DNA of 64,000 bases, from IMG/VR virus record IMGVR_UViG_3300028025_000089. One strand, 5' to 3'. The position numbers and the translations under genes are program-made. Below are positions 6,780 to 15,036 of this stretch, piece after piece. A model generated the notes under the pieces. It saw only the letters and a list, made by a program, of their open reading frames with translations, was not told where the DNA came from and did no database searches. Source of the stretch: a virus. Lineage: Duplodnaviria; Caudoviricetes. How positions within the stretch are numbered: the first letter of the stretch is position 1; every line of letters begins with the position of its first letter.

Positions 6780-7670
6780 ATAGATTATCCAATCAGGAAA
6801 AGTTTTGTCAGATTAATTGACGTGTAATTGAAACGAATGTTTCATCTTGGAATGATAAAGATATTGGGCAGTATATGGTCCATTAAAATAAACCATGAAA
6901 GTGGGATAAAGTGAATTATTTGTGTTAGATAGTTTGCGGCTTCTTCGGGAGCTCGAGTATACAAGCGGGATACCGTTTAACCTTTAGTATCGAGGGCAAC
7001 GCTGTAGAGAAAGTGGTTAGATGATTTGGCGATGTGGGTCGTCAAATTGAGGTGGGAACACCAATAGGAATAACTCGTAGGAATTTTGCAAAACAAAGTG
7101 TTCCAACACTTTCATTGCGAGTTCCAATATTAGAGGATACTTAAAACCGAAAGGTATGATAACAAACGGGTGGTGCCGACATTATCCTTGATGAACTCCT
7201 ACCAAGGGGTTAATCTCGAAGTAGTCTTAAAGTATGGAAATGGGGACATTTCAGAGAGTAGTTGAGTATTTCGTTGTTCAAAAGATAACGAAGCCCGTGA
7301 CGGACCACTACTTTCACAATCCACGACACAAAACTTATGGAAGTTGTTATTTTCCAAAAAATAATTATTACATTAAGGAAAAGTGTCCGTCAGGTTTGAA
7401 TGAAAGGTGACTACATAGTAATGAGCAGTTCATTGCACACAAAGATCCCAAGTCGATGTGTAATTTTTCGAAAAACCTTTAATCCCGCAAGGACGAACTG
7501 GGGAGGCATCCTCGGAAAGAGTTAAAGTAGAATGAGAGTAGTTCAGACCTCAAGGAGTGGTATACCTAAAAGACCGTCACTGAGAAATACTTCTCAAAAG
7601 GAAGTGGATAGGAGTAGAAACAATAATGACTCTAAAGGTTCTCACAAATAGGTGTAATCTCAACCTTTTA
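6780..7670 (+). ncRNA. giant structured ncRNA, probably GOLLD family (boundaries approximate)
   Basis: About 890 nt with no ORF in the track, GC-richer than the flanks. C(UUCG)G hairpin 6939-6952; GNRA hairpins 7147-7156 and 7237-7252; long-range helices 7219-7225/7307-7313 and TGACGGAC (~7298-7305)/GTCCGTCA (~7385-7392); terminal helix AAAGGTT (~7635)/AACCTTT (7662-7668); tandem promoters upstream and a terminator downstream. Confidence 0.7.
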
Positions 7671-7707
7671 TTTCTTTTATAGAATGGAGCTAAAACCGGT
7701 AAAAATA

Positions 7708-8268
7708 TTAGGGACGATGTGAATCGATCCCTTTTTTTGTTTTTACTGATTGGTAAATAAGATCAATAAAGTTTAACATTTCATCATGTGTCATTGAATT
7801 TTTTGCATGGTTACATGCGGTGCTTATAAATTGTATGTTTCCTTTCACATACCCTAAATTACTATTGATCCTATCTAAAGAGGCGGTATTGATGTTATTA
7901 CCATTTTCATTTGGTTGAACTAATTTAACACCACTATAAACACAAATGCCACTTTGTATTTCCCATTGATCTAAAAGATCTTGTAAATCAATGTTATACT
8001 CATGATGTCTTTTTTTTAGTCTTCTGAAATGCTCTCTAAGTCCTGTAAATTGATCTCTACGGTTGTTTCTTTGTGGTTCTAAGTATTTAATATTTTCATT
8101 AACATATTGTTTTAAGTGGTTGTGATTATCAATACCACAACATTTTCTTGAGCAATAGTTTTTTCTACCAATTTTTTCGTTTCTAACTATTTCAGACTTA
8201 TCTTTCAAAAACTCAATACCACAAGATGGGTTAGAACATATTGTTAATTCTTTTTTTCTTTGTCTCAT
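7708..8268 (-). CDS. free-standing His-Me finger (HNH / endonuclease VII-like) homing endonuclease
   Basis: N-terminal Cys motif C..PSC...YCSRKC; C-terminal C.YSG...SLDRINSNLGYVKGNIQFIS.ACN.AKN. Confidence 0.8.
   Translation of the reverse strand: MRQRKKELTICSNPSCGIEFLKDKSEIVRNEKIGRKNYCSRKCCGIDNHNHLKQYVNENIKYLEPQRNNRRDQFTGLREHFRRLKKRHHEYNIDLQDLLDQWEIQSGICVYSGVKLVQPNENGNNINTASLDRINSNLGYVKGNIQFISTACNHAKNSMTHDEMLNFIDLIYQSVKTKKGIDSHRP
7710..7738 (+). terminator. intrinsic terminator downstream of the large ncRNA
   Basis: AGGGACGAT-gtga-ATCGATCCCT followed by a T run. Confidence 0.6.
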
Positions 8269-8291
8269 ATTCTTTTATTTATAAATAGTCC

Positions 8292-8326
8292 GTATCCACA
8301 AAAAAAACCAAGTATCCACAAAAAAA
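8292..8326. repeat. 15-bp direct repeat GTATCCACAAAAAAA x2
   Basis: Copies at 8292-8306 and 8312-8326, a 20-nt period. Confidence 0.85.
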
Positions 8327-8331
8327 TAAAC

Positions 8332-8364
8332 AAAAAAAATCCCACCATAATTAAATAGTGGGAT
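8332..8364 (-). terminator. tmRNA terminator
   Basis: ATCCCAC...GTGGGAT inverted repeat (8339-8364); the A run at 8332-8339 gives a U tract on the minus strand. Confidence 0.65.
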
Positions 8365-8368
8365 CAAT

Positions 8369-8786
8369 TGGTGGACCTAGAGGGCTCCGACTCCCTCGTC
8401 CGGCTCGTCTTGTCTAAAAGACAACTACATGTTTAGATCAAGGTTTTTCATACCTTCCGAAATATTTGGTTCCTATTTTTACATTGTTACCAAAAACTGT
8501 GTCGAGTTCACTTTGTTACGGTAGCCCTCTGAACGAGACCGTTGTTTCCTTTTAGAGTGAAAACCAACTCATCTACGACTTCTGTTGCTAGGTTATCTGT
8601 CTGACCGACCCCCCGTTTCCGTATCTAATTAAGCTACAGTAACTTCAGAACCTCTTACTAATCCAAGAGTTTCCATTTTGTTTAGCACATTGCCAGTTGT
8701 GTTTTGAATCAGTTTTTAACGAGATTAATTCAGTCCCGACATGCTTCTTTTATTCAACCAACGCCCGTCAAATCCAATATAGGCCC
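8369..8786 (-). ncRNA. ssrA: tmRNA (SsrA)
   Basis: 5' GGGCCTA-TATTGGATTTGAC; 3' T arm GAGGG-AGTCGGAG-CCCTC, then TAGGTCC-A-CCA. Acceptor stem has the G3:U70 alanine determinant. Internal tag frame at 8694-8629. Confidence 0.93.
8629..8694 (-). other. tmRNA tag reading frame (A)GNVLNKMETLGLVRGSEVTVA*
   Basis: Resume codon inferred as GGC after AACT; open for 21 codons to TAA. Confidence 0.75.
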
Positions 8787-8823
8787 ATATATCTTAAATG
8801 ACTATTTTCAAAGAACTATAATA

Positions 8824-8854
8824 CAAATATAATACAAAGATTTCACTTTGACAA
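8824..8854 (-). promoter_or_regulatory. Bacteroidota sigma-A type promoter for ssrA
   Basis: On the minus strand: TTG (8854-8852), N20, TAtaTTTG (8831-8824). Confidence 0.65.
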
Positions 8855-8869
8855 TATATTTATAAATAT

Positions 8870-10006
8870 ATGAAAAAAAGACTTCTTATAGAAAATGATG
8901 TTTCAGAAATGACGGATTTTCAAAAAATCCTTCTTTTAAATAAAAGAAAGTTGTCTTCTGATGATGTTGAATTTGAAAGTGATAATTACGAAGACTTGAA
9001 ACTAAATCATGTTCAGATTAAACCTGATGGTCTATTATTTGATTTTGATGATTTAGAACAGTTTTTAAAGTTTTTTCATTATCCTACATTTGAAGAAGGA
9101 ACTGACGGTGAGTGGGATGCGACTAATTATGATCGTATGTATTATGGTCAATATGATTTTTATAGTGAGTGTCAAGATCGAGCATACGACGATTGGAGTG
9201 AAGGATATACTTTAGGATATCTTTGTAGTGAAGCAAAAATCAGATTAAGAGAATTACTTAAAATAATTGCACCTAACCTTGTTGATAATATTAAAGAAGA
9301 CGGTAGTAGAATTGATGATGAAAGTCAAATAACTTCAGTATTGGACAAATACTTTCAACATATTGGAGATGAAATGGATGATATTATATGTTCTGCTAAA
9401 TCGAATGGAACTGAAGCGGGAGTTAAAGAAGCGATTGAAAAAGAATATTGTAATACACTTAGTGAATATGGTGTTGAAAAATGGGGTAAGTGGTGTTTTG
9501 GATTATACTTTATAAGTTGGGGTAATCTGGTTCAGTTATTTGTTGAAGATGGTGAATTTGATGTAAACGCTCTTGATGTATTAATTCAAAAAATCGATAA
9601 AAAATTTAGACACGGTCTTCCTGAATATTACGAAATGGAATACTATGTTATGGACAATGAAGTATTTGAATCTGAGTCTTGTGAAAAATTGGTTAATTTA
9701 ATTGATGAGTATATAGAAAGAGCCCAAGAAGAATTTTCTTCTGAATATATTAAAATTATTAATAAACTCTCATCTTTGGATTTATTATATAGAAGAGAAA
9801 TTCCAGGTCAAAAAAATTTATTTATAAAAGTGGATTCAGTTGATCCTGAAACATTAAAGGTAAAGTATCTTATTGGGTCAGGAGGTTATTTTGGTGATCG
9901 TAAATATGGTTTGGCAACTGCTGATGAGGTAATTGCAATGGCAACTCAGCCAGGTTTATTCAACCCAACTGAGTTTAGAATCGATCCAGGTCAATTAAGA
10001 CGATAA
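8870..10006 (+). CDS. acidic hypothetical protein (late-motif gene)
   Basis: 378-aa ORF; TATTTATA at 8857-8864. Confidence 0.75.
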   Translation: MKKRLLIENDVSEMTDFQKILLLNKRKLSSDDVEFESDNYEDLKLNHVQIKPDGLLFDFDDLEQFLKFFHYPTFEEGTDGEWDATNYDRMYYGQYDFYSECQDRAYDDWSEGYTLGYLCSEAKIRLRELLKIIAPNLVDNIKEDGSRIDDESQITSVLDKYFQHIGDEMDDIICSAKSNGTEAGVKEAIEKEYCNTLSEYGVEKWGKWCFGLYFISWGNLVQLFVEDGEFDVNALDVLIQKIDKKFRHGLPEYYEMEYYVMDNEVFESESCEKLVNLIDEYIERAQEEFSSEYIKIINKLSSLDLLYRREIPGQKNLFIKVDSVDPETLKVKYLIGSGGYFGDRKYGLATADEVIAMATQPGLFNPTEFRIDPGQLRR

Positions 10007-11022
10007 CGCTCTTTTAGAATCTTGTATAATTTTAAACCATCTTCATCATCAATATAAAAGTGGTTTTCATCGTATATGTCGGCGATTATGAACCCATCTT
10101 TTTCTTCAATCACATCAATAGATGTTAGTTGGTGAACCTCATCGTAAAATGGGCTTTCATCAACATCATCAAAATTATATAAAGATTTAACAGGTTTTGG
10201 TTCATCGTATTTGAATTCGTATTTTTTCAAACCAAGATCTTTAACCATGTTTTTTCCAGCTTCGATTGCTCTTTTAACATCATCTATACATACAAATTCA
10301 TTTGCTGTGTGCATATTATAATAACCACATGACATATTGATACAAGATAGGTCAGATAGTTGTTTAATCATCATAATATCGGTATATGGGTGAGACTGAA
10401 CCAACATCTCGTTATTAAACCCTTTTGTGATTGATCGAATTGCGGTATTGAAGAACTCTCCTTCTTTATCAAATAAAGTGGTTCCCATGCAAGCCTGTGA
10501 AATTAAATGATCACCAGGTGCGTCATATTGGACGCAATAACCAACATCTTTTAAAAACTCTTTATCTACCAATTTTGATCCGTGGCAACCTGTTTCTTCT
10601 GAAACGAAAAACGCAACTTTAACTTTATCTAATTGAGAAAGAAGTTCCAAACAAATATAAATTCCACATTTGTCATCACCACCAATTCCTGTTGGGTTAT
10701 CGTCTTTATCATATGCCTTTAAACATAATACTTGATCTCTTCCAAAATCTTTTCCAAATGTAAATGGACGAATAAGATATTCTTCTTTAACAATTATTTC
10801 ATCAACCAGTTCGTGAACCGTGTCGGTGTGAGAAATAAACATTGGGTAAAATTCACCTTCATCCAACGTTCCTTTAGTTGCATATATGTTAAGGTTTCCG
10901 TCACAGATTAAAGTAACTCCTTCCATATCACCAATGGTAGAAATTAAATACTCCACCATTTTAATTTCCTCATAAGTCTTGGTTGGGACAGATAAGAGTT
11001 CTTTAAATTTATTTAGATTCAT
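9991..11022 (-). CDS. M28/M20-family zinc peptidase
   Basis: SHTDTVH, GGDDKCG, SEETG and QYD...H metal-binding motifs. Confidence 0.8.
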   Translation of the reverse strand: MNLNKFKELLSVPTKTYEEIKMVEYLISTIGDMEGVTLICDGNLNIYATKGTLDEGEFYPMFISHTDTVHELVDEIIVKEEYLIRPFTFGKDFGRDQVLCLKAYDKDDNPTGIGGDDKCGIYICLELLSQLDKVKVAFFVSEETGCHGSKLVDKEFLKDVGYCVQYDAPGDHLISQACMGTTLFDKEGEFFNTAIRSITKGFNNEMLVQSHPYTDIMMIKQLSDLSCINMSCGYYNMHTANEFVCIDDVKRAIEAGKNMVKDLGLKKYEFKYDEPKPVKSLYNFDDVDESPFYDEVHQLTSIDVIEEKDGFIIADIYDENHFYIDDEDGLKLYKILKERYRLN

Positions 11023-11037
11023 TTTGAATTGTTTTTA

Positions 11038-11068
11038 CAAATATAGATTTATTTTTTAACAATACAAA
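11038..11068 (-). promoter_or_regulatory. Bacteroidota sigma-A type promoter
   Basis: On the minus strand: TTTG (11068-11065), N19, TAtaTTTG (11045-11038). Confidence 0.65.
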
Positions 11069-11094
11069 GTATTTATTATGTAAAATATAAAGAC

Positions 11095-11622
11095 ATGAAT
11101 AGAAGTTATAGTAAAATTAGACACATCCAAGAAGCAAACTTGATGTTAGAAAGTAGAAGAATGGGAGAAAAATCAAAACATTTGTTGATGGAAGACTCTA
11201 TGAGAAACCTATTACCTTTAACAATTTATTTACCAACAAAAAAAGATCCGAAAACAGGTAAAGTTACGATGTTAAGTGTTGGAACGGCAAAATATCTTGT
11301 AACCGCCACTAAATCTCCTGACGACACCACAGGTAAAAGTTTTACAACTGATGATTATACAGGAATAAACAAAATTTTTATCAATAGTATTTCCGCAACT
11401 CAAGTTAGAAGTAAAAAAGACACATCAACAGGAAATATTTCAGGCACATTTACCGTGACCGAACCTATCTATACGTATTTAAAAGATTTTGTAGGAAAAG
11501 GAGTTCAAAATAGTCAAGACGTATATGGTAGTGTTACCTTAACTTCAGGAGGTAGTGAAGTTAAATACGCCACTTGGTCTGTTACCACATATGATGCAAC
11601 ACCAACTCAAAATCCAAAATAG
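11095..11622 (+). CDS. hypothetical virion/internal protein
   Basis: 175 aa; N-terminus MNRSYSKIRHIQEANLMLESR; TATTTATT at 11070-11077. Confidence 0.7.
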   Translation: MNRSYSKIRHIQEANLMLESRRMGEKSKHLLMEDSMRNLLPLTIYLPTKKDPKTGKVTMLSVGTAKYLVTATKSPDDTTGKSFTTDDYTGINKIFINSISATQVRSKKDTSTGNISGTFTVTEPIYTYLKDFVGKGVQNSQDVYGSVTLTSGGSEVKYATWSVTTYDATPTQNPK

Positions 11623-11630
11623 TTAAATTA

Positions 11631-11658
11631 AAAACCCCACCTGAAAAGATGGGGTTTT
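11631..11658. terminator. bidirectional intrinsic terminator
   Basis: AAAACCCCA...TGGGGTTTT between convergent genes. Confidence 0.75.
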
Positions 11659-11661
11659 GTT

Positions 11662-12084
11662 TTATAAAGATTTGAGAATATTAAACTTTGTCATTTTTTT
11701 AACGGTGGTCATTTGTTCTGTATTCCAATACCACAAAACATTATCACCATCATTTCCAATATTAACAATTAAACCGTAATCAAATCCTTCTTCTAATATT
11801 TTTACTACAAAAAGTCCATCACCAGCACGAACTACGTCAACAGGTAAAACACTTAAAAATTCTCCATCAACAAAGTAAGAAGATGTGTTTTCATTTAAAT
11901 CAATGACATATGTTGTTTTTGTGACCTCAAGATCATTAACCACATCAGGATTCATAATTACAGAATCCAAAGTTGTGTTTCTATAAGAAACAAGTTCCTG
12001 TCTTTCAAAAATTTCAATTACTATTTTTTGACTAAAACTCAAAAAACTTAAAAAAAGAACCAAAGATAAAAGAAGTGTTTTCAT
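11662..12084 (-). CDS. secreted/periplasmic hypothetical protein
   Basis: Signal peptide MKTLLLSLVLFLSFLSFSQ; TAtaTTTG on the minus strand at 12116-12109. Confidence 0.7.
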   Translation of the reverse strand: MKTLLLSLVLFLSFLSFSQKIVIEIFERQELVSYRNTTLDSVIMNPDVVNDLEVTKTTYVIDLNENTSSYFVDGEFLSVLPVDVVRAGDGLFVVKILEEGFDYGLIVNIGNDGDNVLWYWNTEQMTTVKKMTKFNILKSL

Positions 12085-12141
12085 TACTTGTATGTTTATT
12101 TATTTCTACAAATATACACGACAAAATTTAATTTATCAAAT

Positions 12142-14181
12142 TTATTCTTTCTTTTTTCTTGTTCTTTTAACTTTTTCTTCTTTATTAGAAATTATAACAT
12201 CATCATTTTCGACTTTCAAAATATATTCTTTGTTTTCTTCAATTTCCATCATTAAGATTTTTTCGGAAATTAAATCTTCAATTTTATTTTGAATTGCTCT
12301 TTTGATAGGTCTTGCACCAAAAGTTTCGTCAAAACCAACTTTAGATAGATAATCAACCAAATCTTGTTCATAAGAAAAATAGTATTTTTTCTCTGAAACT
12401 CTTTTTAATAATTTGTCAATCTCTAACTTGGTAATAACGTCAATGTGTGGTTTTTCTAAAGAGTTAAAAATTACAACATCATCAATTCTATTTAAAAACT
12501 CAGGTGAGAAAAACTTTTTCATTTCTTTCTTCAATACATCTTGTTTTTCTTCTTCTTTAACAACATCACTTTTTTGAGGTTGGAATCCCATACCAGTTCC
12601 AAAGTCTTGTAATTTTTTAACTCCAATGTTGGAAGTCATAATAATCAAACAATTTTTGAAGTTAATTTTACGACCTAATGAATCTGTAATGTGGCCATCA
12701 TCTAACAACTGAAGAAGTGTTGAGAAAATGTCTTTGTGAGCTTTCTCGATCTCATCAAACAATACAACAGAATAAGGTTTGTTTTTAACTTGTTCAGTTA
12801 ATTGACCACCTTCATCATGACCAACATATCCTGGAGGTGATCCAATCAAACGAGAAATGGTATGTTTCTCTTGATATTCACTCATATCTACACGAATCAT
12901 ATTGTCTTCACTACCAAAGATTTCTTTCGCCAATTGTTTTGCCAAATACGTTTTACCAACACCCGTAGATCCCAAGAAAATAAATGAACCGATTGGTTTA
13001 TTTGGATCTTTGATTCCAATTCTATTTCTTCTAATTGCTTTTGAAATTTTATTCACCGCTTCTTCTTGACCAATAACCTTTGAATTTAAACTTTCATTTA
13101 AATTAATTAATGAATTTCTTTCGTCCAAATTAATATTGGAAATTGGAATTTTGGTCATGTTGGAAACCACCTCATAAATTAAATCTTCAGGAATACTTCT
13201 TTTACTATTCAATAAACTTTCTTCGAATTTCTTTTTTTCTAAATCCAACTTTGATAAAACATTACGTTCTCTATCTCTTAACTCGGCAGCCAACTCATAT
13301 TTTTGTTGTTTAATAACATTCATTTTTTCTTGTTTGATGGCGTTTGCTTCGTCCTTTAATTTTTCGATTTCTTCAGGTAATTTGATGTCAATTTGCATTC
13401 TTGATCCAACCTCATCCAAAATATCAAATGCTTTATCAGGAAACTCACGATCTGTAATATATCGATCAGCCAACTCAACAAATGTCCAAAGAGTTTTATC
13501 ATCATAAGTCACTTTGTGGTGATCTTCATATTTTGATTTACTCATCTTTAAAATTTCAAATGTTTCTTCTTTTGAAGATGGATCAACAATAACCTTTTGA
13601 AATCTTCGATCTAACGCACCGTCTTTTTCAAAGTGTTTTCTATATTCATCCAAAGTTGTTGCTCCAACACATTGAATATCTCCTCTTGATAAAGCTGGTT
13701 TTAAAATGTTTGACGCATCTAAAGAACCTGAACTATTTCCTGCACCAACCATAGTGTGAATTTCATCAATAAATAAAATGATGTTTGGGGTTGCTTGTAA
13801 CTCTTCGATAATAACTTTCATTCGTTCTTCGAATTGACCTCTATATTTTGTTCCTGCGACTAATGAATTTAAATCTAAAGATACAATTCTTTTATCCATT
13901 AAATTTTTTGGACATTCACCGTTGTGAATCATCATTGCAAGACCCTCCACAATTGCTGTCTTTCCTGCACCTGGTTCACCAATAATAATTGGGTTATTTT
14001 TCTTTCTTCGAGATAAAATCTGAGCGATTCTAAAAATTTCTTTTTGTCTTCCAATTACAGGATCTAATTTCCCGTCTTGTGCTAACTTATTTAAGTCTTT
14101 ACTAAAATTATCTAATACAGGAGTCCCGCTATCAGATTTCTTTTTTGATTTGTCATTTCCTTCGTCCATAAATTCTAACAT
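12142..14181 (-). CDS. clpC: ClpC-type AAA+ unfoldase lacking the N-terminal Clp domain
   Basis: LDPVIGR; Walker A GEPGAGKT and GSTGVGKT; Walker B FIDEIH and FDEIEK; UVR-like M domain (AIKQEKM..IKQQKYELAAELRD); MGF ClpP-docking loop. Confidence 0.92.
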   Translation of the reverse strand: MLEFMDEGNDKSKKKSDSGTPVLDNFSKDLNKLAQDGKLDPVIGRQKEIFRIAQILSRRKKNNPIIIGEPGAGKTAIVEGLAMMIHNGECPKNLMDKRIVSLDLNSLVAGTKYRGQFEERMKVIIEELQATPNIILFIDEIHTMVGAGNSSGSLDASNILKPALSRGDIQCVGATTLDEYRKHFEKDGALDRRFQKVIVDPSSKEETFEILKMSKSKYEDHHKVTYDDKTLWTFVELADRYITDREFPDKAFDILDEVGSRMQIDIKLPEEIEKLKDEANAIKQEKMNVIKQQKYELAAELRDRERNVLSKLDLEKKKFEESLLNSKRSIPEDLIYEVVSNMTKIPISNINLDERNSLINLNESLNSKVIGQEEAVNKISKAIRRNRIGIKDPNKPIGSFIFLGSTGVGKTYLAKQLAKEIFGSEDNMIRVDMSEYQEKHTISRLIGSPPGYVGHDEGGQLTEQVKNKPYSVVLFDEIEKAHKDIFSTLLQLLDDGHITDSLGRKINFKNCLIIMTSNIGVKKLQDFGTGMGFQPQKSDVVKEEEKQDVLKKEMKKFFSPEFLNRIDDVVIFNSLEKPHIDVITKLEIDKLLKRVSEKKYYFSYEQDLVDYLSKVGFDETFGARPIKRAIQNKIEDLISEKILMMEIEENKEYILKVENDDVIISNKEEKVKRTRKKKE

Positions 14182-14237
14182 AACTTTTTTTGATAAATAA
14201 TAATATTAATAAAATAAAAAGTCCAATATTGTCTTTA

Positions 14238-14284
14238 TGTCAGTTTGATTTATAAAAAATTTGTGTTTTACTGACAATTTGTCA
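14238..14284. promoter_or_regulatory. inverted-repeat operator-like sites in the clpC divergent intergenic region
   Basis: TGTCAGT (14238-14244) / ACTGACA (14270-14276), plus the palindrome TGACAA-T-TTGTCA (14272-14284). Confidence 0.45.
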
Positions 14285-14350
14285 TATAATATTAATTGGT
14301 ATAATTTTTCATATAAGAAAAACCAAAATAAACCTATAAAATAATAAAAA

Positions 14351-14713
14351 ATGTTTAATTGGAACGAATTTGATAAATTATTTAATGAATTTTTTTCTTC
14401 ATCATTTGATGATAAAAACTGGACTAAAAATACTTATAGGTCACCAGATGGTTTGTATTCTATGTCTTATATGACAAGAAATTTTAATAACTCAAATCCG
14501 TCAGATGAATTATATGTATTGAAAGAAAAATTAAACTTGGCAATTAAAGAAGAAAATTTTGAGGAAGCTGTAAATTTAAGAGATGAAATTAAAAAGTTAG
14601 AAAAGAACAAAGAAGAGTTATCAAAGTTAAAAATTAAGTTGGACGAATGTATTCGAAACCAAGACTTTGAAAAGGCGATAGAATATCGAGACAAAATAAA
14701 ATCTCTTAAATAA
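14351..14713 (+). CDS. double UVR-domain protein (McsA/MecA-like adaptor candidate)
   Basis: Two UVR motifs, LKEKLNLAIKEENFEEAVNLRDEIK and LKIKLDECIRNQDFEKAIEYRDKIK; aromatic N-terminus FDKLFNEFF. Confidence 0.75.
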   Translation: MFNWNEFDKLFNEFFSSSFDDKNWTKNTYRSPDGLYSMSYMTRNFNNSNPSDELYVLKEKLNLAIKEENFEEAVNLRDEIKKLEKNKEELSKLKIKLDECIRNQDFEKAIEYRDKIKSLK

Positions 14714-14714
14714 C

Positions 14715-14744
14715 AAAATCCACCTTTATGGTGGATTTTTTTTT
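14715..14744 (+). terminator. intrinsic terminator
   Basis: AAAATCCACC-tttat-GGTGGATTTT plus a T run. Confidence 0.8.
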
Positions 14745-14774
14745 AACCATATTTATTTTTAAATAAAAAAGATT

Positions 14775-15017
14775 ATGGCAATAACAAGTGAAATAATTAG
14801 CGGAACTACAATTTTAAACGAAGTTCAATCATCAAATATTGTGAGAACACAATACGATACATTAACCAAAAAAATGATCGCAGAGTTTAAGAATGGGGTA
14901 AAATATGAATATAGTGATGTCCCACATCAAATTTACACTCAATTTAGAATGGCGGAATCACAAGGGAATTTTTTCAACAAAAACATTTCTAAAGCCCACA
15001 CATATAAGAAACTATAA
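14775..15017 (+). CDS. KTSC-domain protein
   Basis: SSNI...YD...EFKNGVKYEYSDVP..Y..F..AES.G.FFNKNI pattern. Confidence 0.85.
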   Translation: MAITSEIISGTTILNEVQSSNIVRTQYDTLTKKMIAEFKNGVKYEYSDVPHQIYTQFRMAESQGNFFNKNISKAHTYKKL

Positions 15018-15036
15018 TTAGAAAGTATTTATCTAT

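Noticed and set aside
12142-14181. Calling the AAA+ protein ClpB
   Set aside because: The M domain is short and UVR-like, and an MGF ClpP-docking loop is present, which fits ClpC.
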